From contig OX597823.1 in NCBI GenBank assembly GCA_951406725.2, positions 81,158,001 to 81,222,000 of the forward strand: a DNA stretch of 64,000 nucleotides. Direction: 5' to 3'. Under the pieces are notes generated by a model that saw only the letters and a list, made by a program, of their open reading frames with translations, searched no databases and was not told the DNA's origin. The DNA comes from Octopus vulgaris. Its lineage: Eukaryota. The translations under genes and the position numbers were made by a program. Shown one piece after another: positions 1-13,230 of this stretch (positions are counted from its first letter, which is position 1; each line of letters starts with the position of its first letter).

Positions 1-1218
1 AGAAAGTGCTTGTTGCAAGGTTGTTTGCTTTGTAAAGACAACTCTATGACCATTCTCTAGAAGGACATTCAAATATTGCAGACCAAGCTTGGTCTGTTCC
101 ATATGTATGTACATACATATATATGTACATACACACATATATATGGTTTTCAAAATAATAGGTTTTACTGATTTGTTTTAATGTGTGTGCATGTGCGCAT
201 ATCTATATGTGAGTATATGTATGCATAAATATACAATTCTGTGCATACATGTATGTCTAAGAGTGTACCTATGTATGCGTTTGAACAGACGCATGCAAAA
301 TGAATGCCCACACACATACTCATTGTTTTTAAAAACATTAATTAACAGTATTAATTAAATGCATTACCTAAAAATATTAGTTTGGAACATTGCTTAAACA
401 GCAATGCAATTTCATGACGTCAATTATGTGGAGTTTAATGATTTCAATATATTACCACGAGAACCAGAAATGAAATGAAAAGCATGAGCTTGGAGCAGCT
501 GTTTTCACACGTCACTCACAAAGGTTTTTAAACGAAAGAACATAACAATAAGCATTTCCTTCAAACTTTCATTTCATATTTCAAAAAATATTCAGAGGAT
601 GTTCAACAGAAGACCAGGCCCAATTTACCAGCTGAGGATCAGAAACAAGCAACTCTGAGTGCTGGAAATCAGAGCCTTTCAGTTATGTATTTAAGAATAC
701 TCTACATTTGTATTGAGTCCTTATCGCTTCTATACACACATACGTGTATATATTACTAGTGCATTATTAACAGATCACCATTTCAATCTTATGCTATACT
801 TTAGGATAAAACTATAGATTTTAGGCAGCCAAATATCATATGCAACAGTTGTAAACTGTGTCTGCATACATTTATTTATGGGGACAGTAAAAGAGGTCAT
901 CAACTGGACTAGCTTCAATCTTGGATTAAAATATATTATCAATTAATCTATTATAATTCTTGTTACTAACTACTCACTCACTTTCCAGTAATCTTTTATC
1001 TTTTCTTGTTTCAGTGATTAGACTGTGGCCATGCTGGGGCACCTCGAAAAAATTTTAGTCGAATAAATCATCCCCAGTACTCTTTCCTTTTCTTAAGCCT
1101 GGTATTTATTCTTGTAGTCACAATTGCTGAAATGCTAAGTTACAGGGATGTAAACACACCATCACTGGTTGTCAAGCAGTGTTGAGGCGATAATCACACA
1201 TACAAACACACATGACAG

Positions 1219-2330
1219 ATCATCATCATCATTTAACATCTGTGTTCCATGCTAGCATGAGTGGGATGGTACCACAAGAGCCGGCCAAACCAAAACCTAT
1301 ACCAGACTTCTGTAACTGTTTTGGCAGGATTTTTACAGCTGGATGCCCTTCCTAAAACCAACCACTCAGCAGAGTGGACTTAGTGCTTTTTACGTGGCAC
1401 AAGCACAAGCAAGGTCAGTTTTGGCAAGGTTTTTACAGCTGGATGCCCTTCCAAACACCAACCACTTTATAGTGGACTGGATGCTTTTAAGTGGCACCTG
1501 CACTGACAGGGTCACCAAGTATTTGCAAGACAAAATCTTAAGAGGAGAGGAGGTATTGGAGGAGGTGACGATGAAAAGGTTATAGTGAGACAGAAGCAGG
1601 TGTCTTGCTGTAGAGAAAGTACAAGGTTACCTGGCTGGAGAGAGAAAGATCAAGAACGAAGACAAAAACAGGTGTGCTACTGCAAAGAAAACACATGGTT
1701 GCCAAACCCAAGGGAAGTGAAGCAGAAGAGACCGCAAGATGGAGATGGTGACAAAATGCTGGGCATACTCAGAAGGAACGGGTATCAGAGTATGAGATGG
1801 TTGAGTAAAGGAAAGAGAAAGATATAGATAGTGGCAAGTGCCAGGGCATACCCTTGAGGTCCAAATGATATAATATAAGCGACAGGATATTGCGAAGGGA
1901 GTGCGATTAAAGAGTACAAGTAAGTGGCGAAAGACCTGGGTATATATGGAGTTGAAGGGCCACCAGATATTAATGATACAGAGGAACAGGGGAGTGAGAG
2001 CTAGGTATAGTGAATGAAAGAGGAAATGCAAGAGAAGAGATATAGATTGGTTTGTTGGGGTAGGGTGAGGGAAAATTTTTCTTGTTATGTGTGGATGGAA
2101 CACCTTGATGGGGGGGGGGCTAGCAGATGACAATAATAGAGTGAGACAAAGCATGTGGGTAGAACACACAGGTGGGGGGGGGGCAAGCAGAATGGCACCA
2201 GGCCAAGAGGACAAGTTTCGGGTGTAGGAGGTAATCATAGTACATGAAGCGGAAATGTAAAGAAGAGATGTAGAGACATAGCTTGGTTCATTCTGATAGA
2301 GTGTGTGAGAATTTTTCTTGTTAAGTGTGA
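1219..2330 (-). mobile_element. Degenerate retroelement with (GAT)n RTE-type tail and long pyrimidine-rich upstream part
   Basis: (CAT)n tail at 1219-1232 and ctacagctggatgcccttcctaa core; the upstream part resembles plus-strand copies at about 52740-53090 and 41080-41910. Confidence 0.55.
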
Positions 2331-2379
2331 GTGGGACACAGCACTTCTAGAACAGTTTCGCTGATGTGGGCAGGTCTTC

Positions 2380-2830
2380 TCAAGAACTTCATGTTGCCAG
2401 ACATTTCAGTCCATCATCATTTCCTCTATGAGGTCCAACTTCCTGAGATCAGTCTTTACCACTTCATCCCATGTCTTCCTGGGTCTCCCTTTTCCAATGG
2501 GTACCATCCACTTTCAGTGATCACCACATCTTTATGCAGCTGTCCTCATTCATACTCATCACATGTCCAAACCAACGTAGTCTTCTCTCTTGCATGCTAC
2601 ATTTGATTCCTCTTATGCCCAACTTTTCTCTCATTACATTTGCACTTTGTCATACATGTGCACTGACGTTGCACATCCAACAGAGCATACTACTTTCGTT
2701 TCTCTCCAGTCTACGCATGTCTTCAACATTCAAAGCCCATGTCTCACAACAATTGTGTATAGCCGTTTGTACACAACCATCATATAGTCTAACTTTCACT
2801 CTGAGAGAGGCCTTTTGTTTGTCATGGATA
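2380..2830 (-). mobile_element. Degenerate RTE LINE 3' coding fragment
   Basis: Minus strand carries decayed WFGHV..M.E and GRPRKTWDEVVK motifs like the copy at 4211; similar fragments at about 9230-9700 and 45175-45320. Confidence 0.7.
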
Positions 2831-4114
2831 TCTATTAATCTTCTGACTGAAACTCCATCTTCTAGATTTTCAACTTTTGCAATACTTAAACAGAATCCAC
2901 AATGAAAACCAAATTGTTGGCAAACATAATTCGTCTATGATTACTTGAAGAACTGGAATGAAGAGAAGTGCTACAGACAGCATTGGTGAATACTAATTCC
3001 CTTGCCAGGTTCACTGTTACTACTAAACCTACATTTATCACTTATACATAACCTAAATATCTCCAAAAGCTATACAACTGCCCACCAAATAATCCAACGG
3101 AGATGGGAGGTCCAGGTTAACAATATAATAATTAACACTAACTTAATTATTGTTTTCGCTGCAACTAAGTAATTACCTTCAGTGATTGGTTTCATTCATC
3201 ATCATTATTTTATCATCCATTTTATCATGCCGGCATGTTTCAGATGTAATTCATAGTAGCAGATTTTCTACAGTTGGATGCCCATTTTGTTGCCAACTCT
3301 CCCCTGTTTCCATGCAAAGTAATATTTCCCCATAGGTAAACATGTTCAAAACAAGGAGACACAAATACACACATTATTTATATACATATGACAGATTTCT
3401 TTCAGTTTGTCTACCAAATGCACTCACAGGGTTTTGGTCAGCCTAGGGCCACAGAAGACAGACAGCATTTGCCCAAGGTACTACAGGACTGAACCATGTG
3501 ATTGGGAAGTGAACTTTTTAACACACACAATTACTGACACAAGAACATCATGATCATCAACATTTAACATCCATTTTCCATGGGCTGGACAGTTTGACAA
3601 GAACTGGCAAGACAAGGAGCCACATCAGGTTCCACTGTCTGTTTTGGCTTGGTTTCTACAGCTGGATGCCCTTCCTAATGTCAACCACTTTACAGAGTGT
3701 ACTGGGTGCTTTCTATGTGGCACCAGCACCCACACTAATGCTTTTTCGTGACACCTTGGCATTAGGACATCAATTCTGTTATGGAGGGTAAGTCACTTTT
3801 CATTGGTTATAGCTATTTTTACTATAAATAAGCATGTACCCAGAGCTGAGTACACATGTAGCATCTTACAGCTTCCTCAGAGCCATTTAAACGAAATACA
3901 TCTTTATTATGGAAACAGCTGTAAGCTAATGAAAGTGATTACATAACTTCTGTTCTTGTGTCATTCATTAATCTATATTACACTGTACAGACCAGAAGGT
4001 TTACTGTAAAGAATAAGTATATTGAGTTCTAACAAATGGTTATTAGTATTACGATGCCTAAATGGAATCATAAAGGACAGGCAGGCAGGCAGACAGATCC
4101 CTATACATATTTAT

Positions 4115-4145
<31 letters not shown>

Positions 4146-4210
4146 ACGGGAAGCTTTATGAAAATAGACAAAAGACGAAGGCAGGTTATATATATATATA
4201 TATATATAAG

Positions 4211-4930
4211 TACCTTGAGAGAAAAGTTGACCTAAGAGACATCAGATGTGGTGTGCAAGAGAGACGACTGCACTGGTATGGTCATGTGGCGAGAATGGAG
4301 GAGGATAGCTGTGTGAAAAAGTGCCACATCCTAGCGGTTGAAGGAACCTGTGGAAGAGGTAGACCCAGGAAGACCTGGGATGAGGTAGTGAAGCACAACC
4401 GTCAAACATTAGGCTTCACCAAGGCAATGACTAGTGACCGAGACCTTTGGAAATATGCTGTGCTTGAGAAAACCCGGCAAGCCAAGTGAGACCATAACCT
4501 GTGGCCTGTGCCAAGGGTGTAACCAGCCCACTTGTGCATGCCTTTCCTTCATTGGACACTAAACTCTGCTTGCGAAGATCTGTTGAGGAAATCGAAATCA
4601 AATTCAATGACTGGCATCCATGTTAGTGGAGCACCATCCGAGTGTGATCGTTGCCAGAGCAGCTGACTGGCTTCTGGGCCGGTGGCACGTAAAAAACATC
4701 ATTTGAGAGTGGCTATTCCCAGAACTGCCTGACTGGCCCTTGTGCCAGTGGCACGTAAAAACACTCACTACACTCTCGGAGAGGTTGGCATTAGGAAGGG
4801 CATCCAACTGTAGAAACTCTGCCAGATCAGATTGGAGCCTGGTGCAGCCATCTGGTTCACCAGTCCTCAGTCAAATTGTCCAACCTATGCTAGCATGGAA
4901 AGCGGATGTTAAATGATGATGATCATGATG
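4211..4930 (+). mobile_element. 5'-truncated RTE-clade LINE (ORF C-terminus, 3' UTR and (GAT)n tail)
   Basis: RRLHWYGHVARMEEDSCVKK...GRGRPRKTWDEVVK...DRDLWKYAV is the typical RTE C-terminus; stop at 4489; the 3' UTR ends ...gcggatgttaaatgatgatgat; it begins right after a (TA)n run. Confidence 0.88.
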
Positions 4931-5396
4931 GATAGATGGATAATGAGAGAGAGAGATATCAGTAAAAAATATTGAAATACATTGTATTCAATCCAATTTT
5001 ATATTACACATCAATGCCTTTATTTGGAATCCCTTGTCTAGTGTTATTGTGCTGTAGCTAACGTATCATTACATTTAGCATCTTTCCACACTATCGGATT
5101 CACTAAGCAGCCAACTAGAGTGATACTTAAATCCATGACGGTGCATTTGACATCACCCCAACAATTACTAAAGTATCAACAAGTTTACTTCACTTCATGT
5201 TCTTAATTGCTTTACTATTTCTGCTCAGATCTCCACCATTAACATTTTCCACTAAATGCTTTGTTAGTTTGTCACTGAGAAGGAAGTGCACACAGCTTAT
5301 ATCAGATACATTTTAACTCAATTGCACTATTGCTATGTTTTGTGTTACAAAACACAAGATTCTCATTGCCCAATAAAAAAACCTGCTCCAAGTTAA

Positions 5397-5543
5397 TCCT
5401 TTTGATAGCAACCCACCTGAAACCAATCCTGGTTCTCAAATACAAACTTCCTGCTGTAACAGTTAACTGCCACATGTACCACCTGTGCTTCATTGCTTAA
5501 CTTCACATGACAGCCAATTTCAGCTGGGTTGGTAACAAAAGGG
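5397..5543. mobile_element. TTAA-flanked piggyBac-like MITE (family 1)
   Basis: ttaa|tccttttgatagcaacccacctgaaa ... tttcagctgggttggtaacaaaaggg|ttaa imperfect TIRs; same right end as 20382-20582. Confidence 0.6.
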
Positions 5544-5896
5544 TTAAGATAACAAAGCATTTGTTGTAGATTAACTACCATAATAACAATTAAAAGTTTG
5601 AGGGATTTAGCCAGTAAAAGTCAAGGGCAATAAAAACAGGGTTGCTTGAAAAGACCCATCAAACCAAGTGAAATTGTAGTCATAGCAAATACTAGTGTCA
5701 TGCAAACTAGCATCCATGCTGGTTTCACATAAAAGCACCCATTACACTCTTAAAGTGGTTGGTGTTAGGAAGGGCATCTAGCAGTAGAAACCATGCCAAA
5801 TCAGACTAGAGTCTGGTGCAACCCCTCAGCTTACCAGCCTTGGTCAAACTGACCAACCCATACCACAATGGACAACAGATGCTAAATGATGATGAT

Positions 5897-6288
5897 AGGT
5901 GTCGGAGAGGCAGTGTGGTAAGTAGCTTGCTTACAAACCACATGGTTCCAGGTTCAGTCCCACTGCGTGGCACCTTGGGCATGTGTCTTCTCCTATAGCC
6001 TCGGGCCGACCAAAGCTTTGTGAGTGGATTTGGTAGACGGAATCTGAAAGAAGCCCATCGTATATATATGTATGCGTGTGTGTATATGTTTGTAACCTAC
6101 CCACCCCCAACATCGCTTGACAACCAATGCTGGTGTGTTTACATCCCCGTAACTTAGCGGTTCAGCAAAAGAGACCGATAGAATAAGTACTAGGCTTACA
6201 AAGAATAAGTCCTGGGGTTGATTTGTTCGACTAAAGGCGGTGCTCCAGCATGGCCACAGTTACATGACTGAAACAAGTAAAAAGAGTA
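5897..6288 (+). mobile_element. tRNA-derived SINE family A, full-length
   Basis: A box (gtgtgg) and B box (ggttcagtcc), internal (TA/TG)n, 3' end gactgaaacaagtaaaagag; about 20 copies or fragments in the window. Confidence 0.85.
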
Positions 6289-6658
6289 TGATGATGATAT
6301 AAGGGAAAGGAGGGAAAGGAGAGAAAGGAAGATGGCATTATTAAGGGTTTTAAATTTTAGAATATATATTATTTCTATTAAACTGGAAGAATTACTAATA
6401 TCACTAGTGTAACTATAACACAGACTAAAAAAATGCATTGTTTTGTTCTAATGTCCTGCTGTACAAACAAAGCTAGAATTTTCAGTCTGGGGAAACGGTT
6501 AACTAAGATGCTTAATCTACTGATCTTCATTGTAATCCTCCTCGATCATAAACAGCAACTAATCTCAGACATTAGTATTCTAGAGATAAGAATGAAGATG
6601 CAGATGATGCTGACAATCGCTACAGTAACAAGATTTATTGCTAAGGCAAATCTTTATC

Positions 6659-7050
6659 CTTTATTTACTATTTTGTTTCAGTTATTAGACTGCAGCCGTG
6701 CTGGGGCACAGCCTTGAGGAATTTTAGTCAAACATCAACCACAATACTTATTCTCCCTTTAAGCCTGGTACTTACTCTATTGGTCTCTTTTGCCAAACAG
6801 CTAAGTTACAAGGATACAAATACACCAACACCAGTTGGCAAGCATTGAAGACAAACACAGACACTAAAACACACACACACATATATACACAGCAGGCTTC
6901 CTTCAGTTTCCATCTACCAAATCCACACACAAGGCTTTGGTCAGCCTCAGGCTCTAGTAGAAAACAATTGATCAAGGTGTTCCGCAGTGGAACTGAACCT
7001 GGAACCATGTGGTTGGGAAACAAGCTTCTTAGCACTCAGCCATCCCTGCA
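6659..7050 (-). mobile_element. SINE family A copy
   Basis: Reverse-complement similarity to 5897-6288; more diverged. Confidence 0.8.
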
Positions 7051-7482
7051 CATCAAATGAATATGTAAATAAGGTTTAAAATTATTCAGACAGAATTAAT
7101 CAGTGAAAGAAAACTATTTCAGTGGCTTGAGAGTAGACTTCTTTCATTCCTTTGTACAAGAGAAATAGTGATGCCCTGGACTGAGGCTTGCACACAGTCC
7201 AGGATGAAAATATTGGAAAGAGTGTTAAGCCATCACATGTGTGCATGTCTCCTTGTCTTGACATCTTGATATTTGTAAATGAGTGTCACCATCATACAAG
7301 CGGTATCCTTCATTCCAATCTCCCTTGTAAAATTAGACCAGCCATGGAGAAATACTACTTTACATGGAAACAGGAGAGTTGGTAACACGAAAAGCATTTT
7401 GTAAGTCCCATGCAAGCCTCGAAGAAAAGTGAGGCAGATGAACAGGAGTGGTATGCAGTATACTAGCCTGGAAAAAATCATT

Positions 7483-7877
7483 GGCTCTTTTACTTGTTTC
7501 AGTCATTTGACTGTGGCCATGCTGGAGCACCGCCTTTAGTCGAGCAAATCGACCCCGGAACTTATTCTTTGTAAGCACAGAACTTATTCTATCGGTCTCT
7601 TTTGCCGAACCGCTAATTGACGGGGACATAAACACACCAGCATCGGTTGTCAAGCAATGCTAGGGGGACAAACACAGACACACAAACATACATATATACA
7701 TATACATATATACGACAGGCTTCTTTCAGTTTCCGTCTACTAAATCCACTCACAAGGCATTGGTCGGCCCGGGGATATAGCAGAAGACATTTGCCCAAGA
7801 TGCCACGCAGTGGGACTGAACCTGGAACCATGTGGCTGGTAAGCAAGCTACTTACCACCCAGCCACTCCTGCGCCTA
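7483..7877 (-). mobile_element. SINE family A, full-length copy
   Basis: Close reverse complement of 5897-6288 and 21699-22077. Confidence 0.85.
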
Positions 7878-8519
7878 TGACTAATGTTGTTTAACTTCCA
7901 GGGCAGTCTTGACTGAGTAGAGCTATGATAAAAGACATTCCAGCCATGACTATTCCATCTTGTCTTCAGATGGAATATATCGAAGACCACATTACCCAAC
8001 ATTTTCTTTTTGATATCTTACAGATGGGAGTGTGTCACAAGAGAAATTTGGCTGCTATATCTAGCAGATTAAGTGACTCAGAACTACTGTAGTAACAATA
8101 GGAGATAAAAAGGAGAAAATACCACTAACCACTTTCTCTTTCCTTCCAATATATTTCCCCACCCCTTTTTCTTGCTCTTTCTTTACTATTTCTCTATGTT
8201 ATTCACACTTATAATACCTACCATTAAATCACTCAAAGACTAGTTAGCTGATTAGCTGAAATAATGTTACAGCACTAATTATACTAGCTCATTACAAATT
8301 AGTATGATGTTCAGGGTAGGATGTATTACATAATCTACAGAAAACGGCAAACTGACCCCATTTTACAACCCATTATCAGTTTAAATTTATAATGAGAAAA
8401 ATCTCCTTGTGCTTTGCAGTTATTGTTTCACAACATGTTACCTATGAAGAAAAATGCCCCAGCCTTGATAATCCAGTCTTTTTATATATAGAAGGCTATG
8501 TGAAGTTCAGCAATTAGAT

Positions 8520-8752
8520 ATTTATTTCTTTATTGCCCACAGGGGGCTTAAGATAGAGGAGACAAACAAGCACAGACAGAGATTAAGTTGATTACATCGA
8601 ACCCCAGTGCGTAACTGGAACTTATTTAATTGACCCTGAAAGGATGAAAGGCAAAGTCGACCTTGGCGGAATTTGAACTCAGAATGTAATGGCAGATGAA
8701 ATACTGCTAAGCATTTCACCCAGCGTGGTAACGATTCTGTCAGATCGCTGCC
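8520..8752 (-). mobile_element. tRNA-derived SINE family C (Meta-domain-like core gtcgactttgcctttcatcctttc...taagtaccag)
   Basis: B box gagttcaaattcc; homologous copies at about 13031(+), 20980, 21310, 22800, 25160, 26505, 27450(+), 52295 and 58455. Confidence 0.8.
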
Positions 8753-10260
8753 CGATTGTTTCAGTTAACGGATTGCAGTCATGCTTTGGTATTCCTTTGA
8801 AGGGCTTATGCAAACAAATCAACCCCAGGGGGAGAAATTGACGTAAGCTTAAATAATAAACAGCAATAAGGCCAGGGATTATTCTGAACAAACCAATGCC
8901 AATTGCTCAGCGGCTTGGGTGATAAGGGGAGAGAAACAAACACAAAGATACATATATACATACATATGCTGGGATTCCACAGTTTCCATCTACCAAATTC
9001 ACTCAAAGTATTTGGAGGCCCAGGGCTATAGTCGAAGACACTTTCTGAGCAGTGGGACTGAACCTGCAACCAAATGGTTGCAAAGCAAGCTGGTTAACCA
9101 CACAGCCACTTTTCCCTTTTATATTAAAACGAAAAGGAATGGCGGCAGAATACAAATATTTACTTCAATCAGAAGTTTCAAATATATCATTATCATGGTT
9201 GCTTTTCCCTAGTTTCATGGATTCAAATGCAAAAAATGGTGAGAGCGTCTCACCATTTGTTGCATTCTTTTGACATCTCTTTCAACACTTTGAGGTCAGC
9301 TTTTACAACTTCTGCTCATGTTTTCCTCAGCCTCCCTCTTCCAGTTTCCTTCTTTCTACTCAGCTATTTTGGCCAATCATCATCATTTAATGTAGATTGT
9401 CCATACTGGCATGGGTTGGACAGTTTGACTGGGATGGCACGCTGAAAGGCTGCGCCAAACTCCAGTCTGATTTGGTATGGTTTTCTACAGCTGGATGCCC
9501 TTCCTAATGCCAACCACTCCAAGAGTGTGATGGGTCCATTCTAATGCCGTCTTCATTGTAGCCCATGATACATCATCTATCTTTTACTCAATTTATCTCA
9601 CATCAGTCATGCACACTAACATTACACATCCACCAGAGTACACTTGCTTCATTTCTCTCCAGCTTTCACACATTATCTCCATTCAATGCTGATGACTCAC
9701 AAACATGTTGCATCATTTTTCACCAGAAGTGGAGCCTAGCAGCAGGTATTTAAAGGGAAAAATTTGACAAGTCGGTCAGTCACTGGCTGACGATACATTG
9801 AAGAGGCCAGGGAACAGAACAAAGAAGAAGAAAGAAGACATGCACCCAACACCAGAGCTGAAGACACCTCTGAAAGGGGGGGGAGGCGCCACATCAAAAT
9901 GGTAGAGGAGTAGGGGCCGAAACCGGACGTGACTCCTCTTGATGATGTCTTGAGCTAACTGGATCCTATAAAGGAGCTGTTGTGGTAGCAGACAACGAAA
10001 CACGGTTGTAATTCCACATACAATCTTCTCTTTACTTGAAGACCAAATCTCATTGTTGGCAACATGGTAATAATTCTGAGATGTTTTTCTGCTCTTATTC
10101 TGGCTACTATCTTTTCAGAGCATCCTCCTCCAACTACTGATTGAGTAGCCCAGGTAGAAGAAGTTTTTTATATTTCAGAGAAATATATAGAAATTATATT
10201 TGGTTGGTCTGGACAAAGTAGCAGTGTTGCAGCCTTTGCTGTCTCTGTGAGACTGTTGAA

Positions 10261-10394
10261 CAGTGGTTCTCAATCTTTTTTTATATCTGGACCAGATCCA
10301 AAATCTGAATTTTTTTTAGGAGGCAGCACCAAAAATGTAAAACAAGTCAAAGTAGAATTTGACCATCAGAGGAGCCACAACTGAGATCTGCTGT
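10261..10394. mobile_element. Possible degenerate hAT-type MITE
   Basis: Starts cagtggttctcaa and ends actgagatctgctg (a decayed ttgagaaccactg); no clear TSD. Confidence 0.35.
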
Positions 10395-10966
10395 TAACAT
10401 TCCACTTAAATTATTGCCACATCACTGACTGTAGGAAAGACATGAGCAGGACAGGAATCTAGCAGTATGATATTCTAGGGAGGAAGAATTTGGCATAGTG
10501 GTTAGTGCAGGGCCTGGGGAGTGGACACAAAGTGAGAGATTGAGAGGAGAAATGAGTGAACCCAAGTGAGCTAAGGTGACACGAGACCAGCCAGTTTTAA
10601 GAAACAGACAACCATTATTAGATGAAGCAGAGAGAGAGATGCAAGATGTCTGAAGTGTAGGGGGTGAAGTGTGTCCATGGATCACTGTATATCAATCAGT
10701 CAAGTGGCCTTTCTGTGGATGGTATCAGGGATGTCCGTTGTGCAGTAGCAGCCCAGCCCCAAGCGTAAAAACAATACATTATGGATCTTACCTGATCGTT
10801 GTAGGGTCAGTAATTGGTATAGGCTAAATTATTTCTAGCATGTGCTCTTTATGGGAGATCCTCTGTGAAAGTCAAAGCTAGTATTTGATGTGACCACAAA
10901 GGCTTTAGCTGCATGCTCATGTTGAAGGGAACTGAAGAGCAATTTTTTTGTTTATATGGGCAGTGC

Positions 10967-10997
<31 letters not shown>

Positions 10998-11181
10998 GGG
11001 TTTGTTTATTTTTGCTGTTGAAAGAGACAAGATTGGCTTAACCTCACTGGAGGATACTCTTGAGGTCATTGCTCATGGAATTAGTGCAGTTTAGTGTGGA
11101 GTGTTTTAGATGCATGTGGATAACATTTGGGTAGGGAAGGTCAGGGCGGAATGAAGGGTGGTTAACACATAATGAGTATTG

Positions 11182-11362
11182 TTCTATATTTAAGAGATGA
11201 GGAATAATTATTTACATTACATTTGACGGATATTTGTCCTCAGGAATGAGAACCCAGGTTCGAAATTTCCCCAATACACCTGAAGAAGGCTGGAGGGGAT
11301 AACAGCTGAAACGTTGTGTTAACAACAAACAAGATGAGGACAAATATCCGTCGAATGTAAAC
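11182..11362 (+). mobile_element. Small fold-back Penelope-derived insertion with hammerhead motif and 11-bp TSD
   Basis: TSD AATGAGTATTG at 11171-11181 and 11363-11373; inverted repeat 11217-11242 / 11335-11360. Confidence 0.75.
11276..11319 (+). ncRNA. Minimal type I hammerhead ribozyme motif
   Basis: ACAC-CTGAAGA-A-GGCTG(loop)CAGCT-GAAA-CGTT-GTGT: helix I ACAC/GTGT, CUGANGA and GAAA core, palindromic AACGTT, GUU triplet. Confidence 0.65.
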
Positions 11363-12568
11363 AATGAGTATTGCTGGACATAACAGTAAGTAGGTCAGTG
11401 ATGTATATAGAGGTGGGGATGAAGGGCACAAAACCAAAGCTTCAAAAATACCATAGTTGAAAGAGTGTGGGCAGAGAAAGCACTAGCTGCAACAATGTGA
11501 TCAGATAGGAAGTTACTGATCCGAGAGATGGGAGACAGTTGAAACTCACAGATGGACAGTTGTGACAAGAGGTTCACTTGTCAGATACAATCAAATGTTT
11601 GATGAGGATTGCCTTCACCAAATTTCTTTAGAGCAAGAGCCCACACATAGCTGACATACGGGAGTGGTTCTCCAGTAGATAAGGTTTTAGTAAAGGTAGA
11701 AACACTGCCAGATCAGACTGGAACCTGGCACAGCCTCCTGGCTTCCCAGACCCCGGTCAAACTGTCCAACCCATGCTAGCATGGAAACAGATGTTAAACG
11801 ATGATGATATATATATACACACACACACAAAGTTTCCATCATCCAAATCTTCACAAGGCTTTGAGGAACCCAGGTCTATAGTAGAAGACACTGGCCCAAA
11901 GTGCCATACAGTGGAACAGGACCAGACAACCAGACAACATGTGGTTGGGAAGCAAAGTTCTTAACCACAAAGCCACACCTGTGCGTCTAGTTTCTGTCTA
12001 CCAAATCCAATCACAAGGCTTTGGTTGACCCAGGGCTATGGTAGAAGAGCCATGCAGTGGGACTGAACTTGAAACGATTTTTTTTTTTTTTGTGGGAAAG
12101 CAAAACTTCTTAATCAGATACCCACACTTGCACCTTGCTCAAAATTTGTCTTTGGTTATTGATATTGCTGCATACATTGTTCCCAACACCGAGTGGATGG
12201 AAAGAGCAAAAGGCTCTCCACAACACATGGGATGCATTTAGGTGATTGTGATTACTTCAAAGTTTTAATAAACCTTGCATGAACCTGCAATTTCTTTTGT
12301 GTACATCAGGGGATAATCACATCTCAGTTTGAGAACCCCACATTTAAAAAAAATTAGAAACAGGAATTATCCCTTGTGCTTTTGGTAAGTTATATGATCA
12401 CACTGTTTGAAAAGACGATGCCAGGTAAACTCTGACAAGTTGGGGTTACCTGAAGTTCCATGTAAGATGTTTGGGGGAACTGTTGCACTCAACCCTCATT
12501 TCGATGATATAAGAAAGAAAGAACGAAAAAAAAAATGTTTCAGATAAAAAATTTCCCTTTTATATTCC

Positions 12569-12893
12569 TCTTTACTCTTTTACTTGTTTCAGTCATTTGA
12601 CTGCGACCATGCTGGAGCACCGCTTTTAGTCGAGCAAATCGACCCCTGGACTTATTCTTTGTAAGCCTAGTAGTTATTCTATCGGTCTCTTTTGCCAAAC
12701 AGCTAAGTTACGGGGATGTAAACACACCAGCATCGGTTGTCAAGTGATGTTGGGAGGACAAACATATACATGTATATGACGGGCTTCTTTCAGTTTCTGT
12801 CTACCAAATCTACTCACAAGGCTTTGGTCTGCCCGAGGCTATAGTAGAAGACACTTGCCCAAGGTGGCATGCTACTTACCACACAGTCACTGC
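12569..12893 (-). mobile_element. SINE family A copy with internal deletion in the tRNA head
   Basis: Matches 7483-7877; the B-box segment is missing. Confidence 0.8.
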
Positions 12894-13030
12894 GAAAATT
12901 TTTTAGCATTTGTCAATTGCTTTTGCTTTCATATATTATTCTACTTCCTTTCACTTCGTGATAATCGTTATACGTACGTGGAACACAGAATCGCCAACAC
13001 CACCACAACAAAAGTACATTAGCCAATGAT

Positions 13031-13230
13031 TAAGGCGGCGAGCTGGCAAAATCGTTAGCGGTATTTCGTCCGTCTGTACACTCTAAGCTCAATTCCGCTG
13101 AGGTCGACTTTACCTTTTATCCTTTCAGAGTCGATAAAATAAGTACCATTTGAGCACAGAGGTCGATGTAATCGATTTACCCTCTCCCTCGAAATTGTTG
13201 GCCTTGTACCAAAATCTAAAACCAATATTA
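13031..13230 (+). mobile_element. SINE family C copy, CpG-retaining
   Basis: aaggcggcgagctggc head, Meta-like core, ggccttgtaccaaaat tail. Confidence 0.8.

Noticed and set aside
596-690. Exon-like frame (EDVQQKTRPNLPAEDQKQATL) and a CTGAGGA..GAAA hammerhead-like string
   Set aside because: Weak splice sites and no recognisable protein; no helix II, and the triplet would be GUG.
1627-2238. 203-aa minus-strand ORF
   Set aside because: Lies in pyrimidine-rich degenerate retroelement sequence; low complexity, no domain.
9776-10010. GC-richer block with TATAAA and a 75-aa ORF
   Set aside because: No recognisable protein, no second copy and no LTR ends in the window.
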